46,927 nt of DNA, from contig JAQGDQ010001330.1 in the NCBI GenBank assembly GCA_030141605.1, forward strand, positions 1-46,927, written 5' to 3'. Each line of letters begins with the position of its first letter. Position 1 is the stretch's first letter. A model generated the notes under the pieces. The model was not told where the DNA came from, searched no databases, and worked only from the letters and a program-made list of their open reading frames with translations. Positions 1-13,519 of this stretch are shown here, in pieces. The stretch comes from Tubiluchus corallicola (lineage: Eukaryota > Animalia > Priapulida). Made by a program: the position numbers and the translations under genes.

Positions 1-1678
1 TTTATCATTATATCACTCAGAAAATGTCCTGGTTACAGCGAAAACAAGGTGCTGCAAAAATACCACATCGAAGCATCTTTCGTTCTACGGGATTTCCTCA
101 ACATGATAGACATTCGATTGATGTGTGTTAGAAAAAAAATATTATAAAGTAATCAAGTTTACTTATTTTCTTTATAATTGTGCAATTAATCGAAAAGCGT
201 ATTGATACGCTATTTATATGAGCATGAATTCATAGAGAAAAGTCTGTGAAGTGGAATTTAGAACTATCAGTGGGAGTGTTTCAATAACATGCAATACCTT
301 TCAACACCACTTTTTCTCTGTTCAAAGAACTCTCAAAGTCGCTCATAAATTACCACAACGAACTTTTTAGTACAAGTTGTCTTCCAAGAAGTCTACAAAT
401 AACACCCATCAAAGACTCACAAATGCTTTCTGGTGGTGGTTCAGAAGTGACTGCATATTGTACACCATACAAATTTTGCACTAGTCTACAAATGTAGTAA
501 TCATAATGTGAATTGCTTTCTTCGTTGCAATACAAATGACGAAATCGAAATATGCCTTCAGATAAAAAAACATCAACACTGTCGTCAAAATTCTCAGTTC
601 AGGTGAGAGACAGTGACAAGATGTATTAGGCATACTGACTTTGTTTGTGAAGACACGCTGAGTATTGAAACAGAGGTGCAGCGCTATAGATATATAATGC
701 TTTAAGGAATGGAAAGGGATTTTTAAAGTGTGTTCAAAAAAGTTTTCACACAAAGTTATATTACTTTGCATAACGCCTACCTGTCTGAATGACTTATGTA
801 ACTAGAAAAGAAACGTCTTAGCGATTTAAAATGTGTGCATCTATTGGTAAAACAGCACTCCCAGTGATTCATTAGAAACATATTATTGATCTTAGTGACA
901 TGAATAATAAGTAATTTAAACGTTTGATTAGGTAGTCAAGAATTTGTTACAAATGTTTTCAAACTTTACCCATTGTTATCTAAACTTGTTACCGTTAAGA
1001 TAGTTGCGGTTAAAGGTCACCGCGGGAGTTTAAATTTTCTGGTTTTATACAGGTGTTACTGCTAACGCAACCTTTGTAGCAATAATAGAGCATATAAGTC
1101 GTATAAAATTTCAAAACGCATTGTTTAACCTTTATTTATAAAAAGTGTTTTCATGTACTTTAAAACTGATGAACATTCGACAGACGAGCGTGGTACAAGT
1201 TTTTCTTCTTGTAGTGCAATATTTTATCTGTGTCTGGTCTAGTTGCCACACAGCAATTACGCTAATTTATGTCATTAAAACGATGTGTTAAGATGATAGT
1301 AATAAGACGTCATAGATGAAATTTTTGTTAATTTTGTCATAAAAATATATACCAGTAACACATTTGATAAATTGGTCCCTAGGATCTTTTTTGTAAACTA
1401 TTTTAGTAGAATTTGTCATTATTAGACATTTCACACAATATATACAATGATAAATACATGACATAACCACAGTAATACCTTTTAGTAAAGAGACAAGACA
1501 ACAAAAATTATAAAACTTTACTACACAATTGTGGTAAAAGAGTTTTTCTAGGCCTTAAAACATATACTTACTTGACAGCATCATGACCAGTGTCGTTTAT
1601 ATAGGCTATAATGGAAGTTTAAAGTTCTACAACTTTTAATCATAAAGAATTGAGTTATGTTAGCAAATCAATATATGA

Positions 1679-2515
1679 CTAGCAAAGGCCCCGCAAAAGA
1701 TTTTGCGTAAAAAACCACGTGTAATCAATAATACGCGAACATCCTACCTACTCCTGATTTATAACACAAAGCGGTAACATCCTGCCTACTTACCTAACGC
1801 AAAGCCTGTAGCAGGTTTACTCATGCCTACTGTATGTTTAACTAACTCAAAGCCTGTAGCAGCTTTTTGCTGAATTAAAGTTATAGACAGAGTACAATGG
1901 ATGACGTCAGCACAATGGAATGCGTCAGCAGTTTTCTAAGGCGAAAATTGTCGAAAATAGAACACGTAATTAACTCGTCGACACTCCTCTCGGTGGACCT
2001 GCCCTACAATATAACCCACATCATCGTGTAGCCCTGCCCTTCCTCTTTCTGATGAGTCGTATATCTCCTTCCGAGAGTCCCACCGGGCGCCGCTAGAACG
2101 TTTTTTAAGCATGCTGTTTGGTCAAAATTTCGAAAAAATCGCGACTTGGGTCCGGGAAAACGCCCGTTACGGGACCCCGTGGCCCTCTCGCGAATTCTAA
2201 ATATGCCTACTACACCCACTGCTGAACGGGCTATCTATCCATACCCAGAAACACCCTCAGCCCATTCCCGTTCTCTACATCTCAGCCGTATAACTTTTGC
2301 AATTTTTTGCAAAAAACGGCCGAAAAATGGCCATTTTTGGAGGTTTTTTGCCCCCCATTCCTTCCGGTGGGCCCGATTCGAAAAATAAACCATCAATGAG
2401 ACGACACTAGATCGAGACCTTTCGTTTGATATATAGATCGCCGCAAATGGTGCCCTTGTCGAAGCTGTAGCCTCGAATCTTATATATATAGAAATATACC
2501 AAGAATATTAATATA
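1679..2515 (-). mobile_element. Non-autonomous Helitron, copy 1 (~837 bp)
   Basis: Minus-strand 3' end CTAG|T preceded by hairpin CGCAAAA-TC-TTTTGCG (1692-1707). TA-rich 5' end. Highly similar to the adjacent copy 2. Confidence 0.75.
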
Positions 2516-3359
2516 CTAGCAAAGGCCCCGCAAAAGATTTTGCGTATAAATACACATGTAATCAATAATACGCGAACATCCTACCAAGTCCTCATTTATA
2601 ACACAAAGCCCGTAACATCCTGCCTACTTACCTAACGCAAAGCCTGTAGCAGCGTTTACTCCTGCCTACTGTATGTTTAACTAACGCAAAGCAGCTTTTT
2701 GTTATTAAAGTTATAGACAGAGTACAATGGATGACGTCAGCACAATGGAATGCGTCAGCAGTTTTCTAAGGCGAAAATTGTCGAAAATAGAACACGTAAT
2801 TAACTCGTTGATACTCCTCTCGGTGGACCTGCCCTAAAATATAACCCACATCATCGTGTAGCCCTGTCCTTCCTCTTTGTAAAGAGCTATATATCTCCTT
2901 CTGAGAGTCCCACCAGGCGCAGCTAGAACGTTTTTTCCGCAGGCTGTTTGGTCAAAATTTCGAAAAAATCGCGAGTTGGGTCCGGGAAAACGCCCGTTAC
3001 GGGACGCCGTGGTCCTCTCGCGAATTCTAAATAGGCCTATGACACCCATCGCTGAATGGGCTATCTATCCATACCCGGCACCACCCTCGACCCATTCCCG
3101 TTCTCTACATCTCAGCCATATAACTTTTGCAAAAAATGGCTGAAAAATGGCCATTTTTGGAGGTTTTTCGCCCCCCCTTCCTCCCGGTGGGCCCGATTCG
3201 AAAAATAAACCCCCAATGAGACGACACTAGATCGAGACCTTTCGTTTGATGTATAGATCGCCGCAAATGGTGCCGTCGTCGAAGCTGTAGCCTCGAATCT
3301 ATATATATATATATATATATACATAAAACATACCAAGAATATTAATATAATAGAATAGA
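2516..3359 (-). mobile_element. Non-autonomous Helitron, copy 2
   Basis: Minus-strand 5' A|TCTATTCTATTATA and 3' hairpin plus CTAG. A-T insertion site, no TSD, internal (TA)n. Confidence 0.75.
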
Positions 3360-3599
3360 TGAACATGTAATTTAAAAGAACACATTTGCTTTTATAGAAT
3401 TTGATGATAGGTTAATTAATTTAGACATTAAATCATTGAAGAACGCTCCGAGTATATAAAAGAGACAAGATTAAAACGCACTTCAGTTACACACTCAATC
3501 TTCCTGACTATAGATGTCACTAACAGTCACGGACATCCAAACGAATGAGAAGGATAAGTCATCAAAATAACAAATGAAACTTAAACTGCTATCAGTAGG

Positions 3600-4262
<663 letters not shown>

Positions 4263-5094
4263 TTACCAGGACAATCCCTAAAGAGTGGACATTCTTACTC
4301 TCCTTAAACCGCTAATACCCCTAATTTCTAAGAGAAATTCTCTAGTCTGTTCATCCAGAAAATCTTTCTTAGCACTTGCTTGCATTTCAATCAACATAGC
4401 GTCATTTTAAAAGAAGCGTCTCTACAAAGAAAGCGAAGACGTACGTGACCAATAAAAAAGCTACACGCATGGACACGTGACCAACAAAAATGCTACACGC
4501 ACGAACAACTGCGTTTAGAAAAATGACAAGTTTTGTTGAAAATGATGAAAAAGCTGTTCTAAAAATAGCCCACGTCGTTAAAATCGCACAAGAGAACGAC
4601 ACGAACAGTCCTGTAGGAAATTTCCCGTTTATCTTCCCCTACTTTACAGCGCCCTAATCGTATTTCACAAAATTTGTTAAACTAATCGATGCAGCAACGT
4701 TGCTATCATAAAATGGTAATTCCCAGGGAAGACTACGGAACATTTGAAATCATTAGAGAACCATTAGTAAAAGACAAGGCTATGACGGTAAGTAATATTT
4801 CAATTCCTGTGTCCTGCAAAGCCCCGAGGGGGGATGAAGAAAATGATCAGTTCTGGAATAGAAACGATTTTATATGAAACTATTCAGTCAGGTGAATGTA
4901 AGAAAGTGATGGCTCGGAGGCATTCGATTCAATCACATTCATTTCAAGCAATTATTATTACTCAATCAAATTGCTCCATCACTAATGAAGCCACACGGAA
5001 CGCATTCGTAACATTTTGACGGCAAATTTTTTATCCATTTCGTAACCAAAGTTTTTCCACTTCACGTATTACTTTTAAATGCATAGAAGAATAG

Positions 5095-5590
5095 CAATGA
5101 TGATGATTATGATGACTATGATGATGACTACGATGATGATAATGATAACGATAATGATGATGACGACAACGAAGATGATGATGGTGACGACGAAGACTAT
5201 GGCGATTGTGATGACGATCATGATCATGACGACAATGATGATTATGATGACGATGATGACAACGATGATGATTATGACAACGACTACGATGATGATGATA
5301 ATGATAACGATAATGATGACGACGATCAAAACGACGACGATGATGATGACGACAACGTCGATGATGATTGTGATGACAACGATGATCATGACGATGATGA
5401 TTATGGTGATGACGATGATTGTGACAATGACTACCATGATGATGATGATGGCAACGATTGTGATGATGACAATGATGACGATTGTGATAATGACAATGAT
5501 GATAACGATGACGATGACGATGATGACGACGATGACAACGACAACGACGATGATGATGATTACGACGACGACGATGATGATTGTGATCAG
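5095..5590. repeat. Degenerate (GAT/GAC)n microsatellite
   Basis: Visible triplet periodicity. A related tract lies at 6445-6795. Confidence 0.93.
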
Positions 5591-6220
5591 CTTTTCTTAT
5601 GATACTGAGTGAAGCAGAAGAAAATAAATCTACCTGAAAATCAGTTTAATTAGTCTAAATTACAGATTAGGGCATTCAGGATTTATTACTGGTAACCTCC
5701 ATTGTCCAGCCTCCTAAACTGAACAGAAGAGATTCCATTCAACACACAGAGCAACAAACTATCCCAAACTAGCGATCAATTTTAGCAGATCGTCTCAAAT
5801 GATGCCAATATCAATAAAACACGAGAAATCAAGCAGAATACGCTGTGGAAACACAACGGGGAGACAAAAAACTCCATAAATCAAATGTTTCGAGTTAAGC
5901 CTTTTCGAAATCGCTTTCCGGGATTTCTCCCGTGCAGGATAACCGCTTCTGCGAGCAATCTGAAAATATCTACAAGCTCGAAAAATAAACTAGGCTAGCA
6001 AGAGCAATTTAAATAGCTGGAGCCGTTTTACTAGAAGCAGGTCAGACCTGAAGCACTTTCTCCCTGCAGTGTTTTAAGCTGTAAACATATCTCCATAACA
6101 AACGTCTGCTCTCTTGTTTTTCAGCTCAGCTTGTTTTATTTATAGTTCAGAAAGTTTGAGGCTAGGAATAGGAGACGGAGGAGAAGAAGGTTAATTGTAA
6201 CGAGCTTGTCAAAAAACTGC

Positions 6221-7340
6221 AACAAGCCTTTTCACACTTGCAACGATTGATGATGATCGTGAAAAGGTCAAAGTGCAACAGGCAATGTACGCATTTGTCA
6301 ACGTGAATGATTGATGATGATCGTGAAAAGGTCAAAGTGCAACAGGCAATGCATGCATTTGTCAACGTGAATGATTGATGGTGATCGTGAAGACGTCAGA
6401 GGTTAAGTGCAACAGGCAATGTATGCATTTGTCAACGTGAATCATTGATGATGATCGTGATCATGACGACAATGATGATTATGATGACAATGATGACAAC
6501 GAAGATGATTGTGACAGCGACTACGATGATGATGATAATGATAACGATAATGATAATGACGATGACAACGACGATGATGACGACAACATAGATGATGATT
6601 GTGATGGCAATGATGACGATGACGATGACAATGGTGATTATGACAATGACTACGATTATGATGATAATGATAATGACAACGATTGTGATGATTATAATGA
6701 CGATGATTGTGTAATGACGATGATGATGATGATGATGACGACGACAGTGGCGATGATGACGACGATAATGATTACGACAACGACATCGATGATGATCGTG
6801 AAAAGGTTAAAGGTTAAGTGCAACAGGCAATGTATGCATTTCTCAACGTGAATGATTGATGATGATCGTGAAGAGGTCAAAGGTTAAGTGCAACAGGCAA
6901 TGTATGCATTTCTCAACGTGAATGATTGATATGATCGTGAAGAGGTCAAAGGTTAAGTGCAACAGGCAATGTATGCATTTTCAACGTGAATGATTGATGA
7001 TGATCGTGAAGAGGTCAAAGGTTAAGTGCAACAGGCAATGTATGCATTTGTCAACGTGAATGATTGATGATGATCGTGAAGAGGTCAAAGGTTAAGTGCA
7101 ACAGGCAATGTATGCATTTGTCAACGTGAATGATTGATGATGATCGTGAAGAGGTCAAAGGTTAAGTGCAACAGGCAATGTATGCATTTGTCAACGTGAA
7201 TGATTGATAATGATCGTGAAGAGGTCAAAGGTTAAGTGCAACAGGCAATGTATGCATTTGTCAACGTGAATGATTGATGATGATCGTGAAAAGGTTAAAG
7301 GTTAAGTGTGACAAGCAATGTATGCATTTGTCAACGTGAA
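6221..7340 (+). repeat. 70-bp tandem repeat derived from a MITE end, interrupted by a (GAT)n tract
   Basis: Unit TGATTGATGATGATCGTGAAGAGGTCAAAGGTTAAGTGCAACAGGCAATGTATGCATTTGTCAACGTGAA with period 70 (7021/7091/7161/7231). Begins with the TIR-like AAGCCTTTTCACAC. Confidence 0.9.
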
Positions 7341-7949
7341 TTAATTATTGAAGGAAAATGATTATCTATGTCCATCTCTGTATTGTGTATTGCATTAATT
7401 AAACGATACATATACTAACGCTGCGTCCAACTGTTTGAAATACTACAAGTACGCTGTTAGTTTATTGAAACTGGGATTCAGACAGAAGCTGTTCAATTCA
7501 TTACACACAATTTAGAGTGGGAAATTTTGCAAAAAAAAGTTAACCAGCGCAGATTATACTCTCTTAGCAAAATGAAACGTCATCGTCAAAATGAACAACC
7601 CACGGATTTGCGCAATTTCATAAATGGCGCGACGCTTTGCATATCCGTACAGCCTCAGGTTAATGCAAACTGGTGAATTTAATCAAATTAGTCGATTGAC
7701 GTATTCGAAAAGGGAGGAGATACGGTTGGTCTGAGCAAATACTCCCAGCAATATGAGCCAAATAAGAAGTCATACCAGGCAAATGGAAATACGTTAAATA
7801 CACTTCCTCCCGGTTAATTAATTCTGCTGCTGATGGGGTATCAGTTACAGCTGCAAAACGTTCTAATCGTCTCCGTATTACTCGCGTTTATGAGAAAATT
7901 TTCTCACAATTTCACTCAGTTTCATGCGAAAAGAGGAAAATTAGGAGAT

Positions 7950-8321
7950 CTTGTAAACGGTACACGCCCTCTTATCATTTAAAAGATCATCATTAACGAT
8001 GAAATGATAATCCAATCCCACAATACGTTGATGATTTTTGGTAATGAATCTCACCTAAGACCACTGAAATGCAAAAAAACCGATGCTAAGCATGGTTTAT
8101 TTTTATGCACAATTAATAAACAAATTATTAGTGTTTTTACTACAGAATAAAATCAAGTAAAGCTTATTAGCTTTGTTTACTAGTGATTCGAAAACTTATT
8201 CAAACATTTTTTAAACTGAATTCGAATTGTTCGACTCGGATTCGAAATCTCGACATTCGGTTTTGTTCGAGTTGTCGGATTCGATTCGAATTCGCTTTCT
8301 GCCACTGAATCCTCACTCCTA
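7950..8321 (-). mobile_element. Degraded copy of the hAT-like MITE seen at 28023-28413
   Basis: Ends CTCACTCCTA. TTCGA-rich subterminal motifs are reverse-complementary to 28023-28250. Confidence 0.5.
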
Positions 8322-9169
8322 ATTAGACGTTTAACGTCACGCCCCCATAGTCACGTGATCAAAGCAACCCCTGATTCAATCTTAACAATTTACGAATAAA
8401 TCCAGCATCTTCGTACGTTTAATTTACTCCTACTATAAAAATGGCTGAATATGGATTGTTTGTGTAATTAATTAACATGGGTAATTAATTGAACTAACTA
8501 ATTAATTAATTATTTCTAATCTTAACGAAATAATAATGAAATGAATTAACAAATATTAAGTTTTTGAAACCAAATTTGGCCGAAGGAAAGTCCAAATCTA
8601 TCCTCAAACAGTTTTTGCACATAATCTTATAATTTTAATGAATATTACTAAACGTCGGTCATGTCCTAATTGATCCATGTTAAATTAGAATACCTATTTT
8701 CACAACCCATTTATTGCTATGCCGGCAAACTAACTGAGACCACACATTCATAAAAGCCGTCCTACTGTGGAGAAGAGATTTAAAACTACCTAATTTGCGT
8801 AGCATTCAGAGATTTGATAGCTACAATCAGAGCAAATAAGAACAATTCAACGTGAGTTAAAAGGTAACCGTAAAATTCAAACAACATTCACTAGGCTCAG
8901 TTTGCAGCAGTAGTAGTTGCTTTACTAGAATTCGCTAAACTGTTTTATTGGCCTCAACAACCATCACACACATAAAGCATCACAGATAATTGAAAGCATG
9001 TCACCATAAAGGATTTTAGTTATATGTTCACACAAGTCGAATCTGATGCTCTGATAAAGGCTTTTCACATTTGCTGGAAAATGATGACGCAATACTGAAT
9101 CGACACACTTGTACTAGGGTAGAGTGGAAACTCATTTTTTACTTGGATATGTAAAAATGTAACGTTGTT

Positions 9170-10181
9170 TCCATTACAATCCAAGTGTGGACCATTACAG
9201 TCCAAGTGTGGACCATTACAGTCCAAGCGTGCACCATTACAATCCATCCAAGCATGGACCATTACAGTCCAAGCGTGGACCATTACAGTCCAAGTGTGGA
9301 CCATTACAGTCCAAGCGTGGACCATTACCATCCAAGCGTGGACCATTACAGTCCAAGCGTGGACCATTACCACCCAAGCGTGGACCATTACAGTCCAAGC
9401 GTGGACCATTACAGTCCAAGCGTGGATCATTATAGTCCAAGTGTGGACCATTACAGTCCAAGTGGGGACCATTACAATGCACTCGTGGACCATTACAGTC
9501 CAAGTGTGGACCATTACAATCCACGTGTGGACCATTACAGTCCAAGTGTGGACCATTACAATCCACGTGTGGACCATTACAGTCCAAGTGTGGACCATTA
9601 CAATCCACGTGTGGACCATTACAGTCCAAGTGTGGACCATTACAATCCACGTGTGGACCATTACAGTCCAAGTGTGGACCATTACAATCCACGTGTGGAC
9701 CATTACAGTCCAAGTGTGGACCATTACAATGCACGTGTGGAGCATTACAGTCCAAGTGTGGACCATTACAATCCACGTGTGGACCATTACAGTCCAAGTG
9801 TGGACCATTACAATCCACGTGTGGACCATTACAGTCCAAGTGTGGACCATTACAATGCACGTGTGGAGCATTACAGTCCAAGTGTGGACCATTACAATCC
9901 ACGTGTGGACCATTACAGTCCAAGCGTGGACCATTACCACCCAAGCGTGGAGCATTACAGTCCAAGCGTGGACCATTACAGTCCAAGCGTGGATCATTAT
10001 AGTCCAAGTGTGGACCATTACAGTCCAAGTGTGGACCATTACAGTCCAAGTGTGGACCATTACAATCCACGTGTGGACCATTACAGTCCAAGTGTGGACC
10101 ATTACAATCCACGTGTGGACCATTACAGTCCAAGTGTGGACCATTACAATCCACGTGTGGACCATTACAGTCCAAGTGTGG
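9170..10181. repeat. 21-bp minisatellite (~48 copies)
   Basis: Unit GTGGACCATTACAGTCCAAGT alternating with the variant GTGGACCATTACAATCCACGT. Confidence 0.97.
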
Positions 10182-10340
10182 TACCAGTATTTTAAAGCAT
10201 TCCAAAATTCGACCAAGCAAAACGCCGAACTACCATATTGTGACATAGTAATTTCTAGTTTAGAAAACCATGCTGCGAGGTGGAAAAGCGGGGCGGTGGA
10301 AAAGGGGCATACCATGTTCGGATATAAAATCCCAGTTCAT

Positions 10341-10625
10341 AATAAGCCTTTTCACAGTTTTAACAGCTAGCTAGAACTTTGCCTAGTTCATTTTTTCTTG
10401 TTCCCAAGCAATATCCTGTTAGTAAATCACTCTACGCACAGACTAGTGCACAATTAAGTAAAGTCCATGTAAAACAACTGAAGTTAGTAAACTGATGTAG
10501 CAGGCGGCTTTGCTTTAGCAACAAGACACGTGACGGTTGTAGTTAAGACGCGTTGCTGTGGTACACTTAACTTTTGACGTACAGCAACAGCGCGTGCGCA
10601 CAACGAAACTGTGACAAAACTTATT
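10341..10625 (+). mobile_element. MITE (AATAAGCCTTTTCACAG-TIR family), internally deleted copy
   Basis: Starts AATAAGCCTTTTCACAGTT and ends AACTGTGACAAAACTTATT. Body matches 40390-40600 and 45960-46220. Confidence 0.7.
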
Positions 10626-10857
10626 ATCAGCCTAAATGAAGATTCAATATTAACCCTTTCAATATCATAAGATGACTTCCGGTAAGTGACAGCCATCAAC
10701 GTGTACCTGATTCGCATACACACCACGCTTGAAAGGCTAGCGTAATTAGCATCTACTAATTATTGGAGTTTAATTACCTCATGTGCATCATCACTAAACT
10801 AATTCATTGTGACTTTGGCAAAGATGCAGGCATGAATTTTCTAATGAGACAATACTA

Positions 10858-11199
10858 ATTAAGCCTTTTCACAGTTTCGTTGTGCGCACGCGCTGTTGTT
10901 GTAGGTCAAAAGTTGAGTGTAGAACAGCAACGCGTCGTAACTACAACCGTCACGTGGCATGTCTGTAAAGCAAAGCCGCCTGCTGCATCAGTTCAGTAAC
11001 GTCACTTGTTTTACGTGGACTTTATTTAATTACGCATTAGTCTGTGCATAGAGAGATTTACTGTTATTAAAACGGTTACTATCACAACAGCATATGCTGC
11101 GAGGCATTATCAAATGTACACAAATGTGTTGTCTGGAACACTTGAACTTTGACCTTTTCACGATCATCATCAATCGCTGCAACTGTGAAAAGGCTTATT
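10858..11199 (-). mobile_element. MITE (AATAAGCCTTTTCACAG-TIR family), ~340 bp
   Basis: TIRs ATTAAGCCTTTTCACAGTT ... AACTGTGAAAAGGCTTATT. Inverted relative to 10341-10625. Superfamily not determined. Confidence 0.8.
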
Positions 11200-11539
11200 G
11201 ACTGCCTTGGAGTAAACAAAAACTTGACACTATAACAGAAAGAGACTGTAGTTTGACCCTTAATTGAAACAGTCTTAACCTTGACCTTTGCCTTCTAGTT
11301 AAGAAAAGCTAAACTGTCTTAATTGAAAGAGGTTTAACCTTGATTCCTAACTAAATATGCCCAGCCAGATCCCTGATAGAAAGTGAGTGACCTTTGACCC
11401 CTAGTTGACAGAAACAGAACTTTGACCCCTAGTCAAACAGGGCTCAACCTTGACCCCTATTCAGTAAACACCAGTGCAAATTTGAGTATTTCTGTATTTT
11501 CAAGATTTTGCATCACAATTCATGGCTGTGAACGGATAC

Positions 11540-12184
11540 ATTTACAATAATTTCAAACCTACCTGTCTGAGCATTTACAATTATTTCAAACCTACCTGTC
11601 TGAGCATTTACAATTATTTCAGATCTACCTGTCTGAGCATTTACAATTATTTCAAACCTACCTCTACATTAAATATTTATACTGTCTGATTAAATATTTC
11701 CCTACCGTCTGAGCATTTACAATTATTTCAACTACCTGTCTGAGCATTTACAATTATTTAAACTACCTGTCTGAGCATTTACAATTATTTCAAACCTACC
11801 CCGTCTGAGCATTTACAATTATTTCAAACCTACCTGTCTGAGCATTTACAATTATTTCAAACCTACCTGTCTGAGCATTTACAATTATTTCAAACCTACC
11901 CCATCTGAGCATTTACAATTATTTCAAACCTACCCCGTCTGAGCATTTACAATTATTTCAAACCTACCTGTCTGAGCATTTACAAATATTTCAAACCTAC
12001 CTGTCTGAGCATTTACAATTATTTCAAACCTAACCCATCTGAGCATTTACAATTATTTCAAACCTACCCCGCTGAGCATTTACAAGTATTTCAAACCTAC
12101 CTGTCTGAGCATTTACAATTATTTCAAACCTACCTGTCTGAGCATTTACAATTATTTCAAACCTACCTGTCTCAGCATTTACAA
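11540..12184 (-). repeat. 33-bp minisatellite built from the TRAPPC9 exon D end and 5' splice site (~19 units)
   Basis: Minus-strand unit GAAATAATTGTAAATGCTCAGACAG|GTAGGTTT, continuous with the exon end ATTGTAAATGCTGAGACAG|GTAGGT. Confidence 0.93.
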
Positions 12185-12265
12185 TGACTGTTATCTCAAC
12201 TGCTTCTCCAATTGCATAACTGGCATACTCGCTTGGCTCATATGCTTTCCCATTCAGTAAGATCT
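12167..12265 (-). CDS. TRAPPC9: TRAPPC9 internal coding exon D (99 bp, phase 1-1)
   Basis: Strong polypyrimidine acceptor (tttcttttctttctttcag) and CAG|gtaggt donor. (E)ILLNGKAYEPSEYASYAIGEAVEITVIVNAET resembles the recalled DVLVDGQPC...QVGDPVRLEVRLTN, which directly follows the exon C peptide. Later exons were not recognised in the window. Confidence 0.85.
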
Positions 12266-12409
12266 CTGAAAGAAAGAAAAGAAATATAGAGCTTAAACTC
12301 CGTATCTAAGTGATGTGAAATGATAAGAGCACAGATATAAATACAACAATGCCGCGCACTGCCGTATGTGGACAAGAAATAGATTGCTAACCTCCAGCAA
12401 ATTATCAAG

Positions 12410-12790
12410 CAAACAATGAGCCACGTTGTTTGTCAAAAATAGCAGTCTGTTGCTACAAACAATGGGTCATGTTGTTAAGATAAAACAGCAGTTCATTGTT
12501 AGACAAACAATGGGTCATGTTGTTAAGATAAAACAGCAGTTCATTGTTAGACAAACAATGGGTCATGCTGTTAGACAAACAATGGGTCATGATGGTAAGC
12601 TAAAACAGCAGATTGCTGTTAGACAAACAATGGGTCATGCTGTTAGGCAAATATAGTAGTCTGTTGTTAGACAAATAATGGGCCACGATGTTAGGCAAAA
12701 ATAGCAGACAGTTGCTAACAAGCAATGGCTTGTGTTGTTAAGCAAAAACAACTTTCTGTTGTTAGGCAAACAATGGAAAATATTGTTAGG
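12410..12790. repeat. Degenerate tandem repeat (GTTAGACAAACAATGGGTCAT motif)
   Basis: Recurring motif with variable spacing. Confidence 0.75.
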
Positions 12791-13169
12791 CAAAGACAAC
12801 AGTTTATTGATAGACAAACGTACAAGGTACTTTTTGTTCTGCACAAAAAGCATCGGTGCAAGTCATGACACAAGTTAACGTCTTTCGTCAGTCCAGTTTG
12901 CTGAAGACCAGTTTTAGAAATTGGTCAAATCTTCTAAAATTTGAATATTATTTCATGGTATCAAAAGAACACCAAAAGACATAGAACACACGAATGAATA
13001 CATCATTTAAAAAGAATGATTTACTGCTAATAATGGATGCATCAGGATCAAGATTTTTCATCTTAAGAAAGTGGTTATTTATTTTCCTAATAAAACATCC
13101 AATAATTTGCATAAATTTTTATTTTTCCTCTCTGTACGAGACTCTAATGTTAACTAAAGCTGGTTACAA

Positions 13170-13400
13170 TCTTATCGATGGTCGTTTAATGTCAAAAAAT
13201 GCTCTGGCATTCCAATCCTGTGGACAATGTAATCTTGAGTTCGATTCCAGCAGCAGCAGACTGGACATATTCCCTACATGGTTTTCGTTGTTTGTGTGTT
13301 GCGTCATTACTTCTATTGTTGTAAGTGTAGTTGCTAAATAGGTGTTAGTATTAATGTTGTTTGTTCAATGAACGACGGTAAATAAATCTTGTTTTTGACT
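13170..13400 (+). mobile_element. tRNA-derived SINE-like relic
   Basis: B-box-like GAGTTCGATTCC. Downstream body is similar to 37180-37310. Confidence 0.45.
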
Positions 13401-13519
13401 TTCTAAACGCTGCTCAATGAATTAAAATGAGTCTTGTCTTTTTGGTTTAGGGAAGCCCAACACAAAAACTTTTAATACTGGTTCAGTTCAAAATACCGTG
13501 AATTAGGAAATGCAGAGAC

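Noticed and set aside
9065-10370. Long ORFs of 327-416 aa on both strands
   Set aside because: Translations of a stop-free 21-bp minisatellite, with no non-repeat domain.
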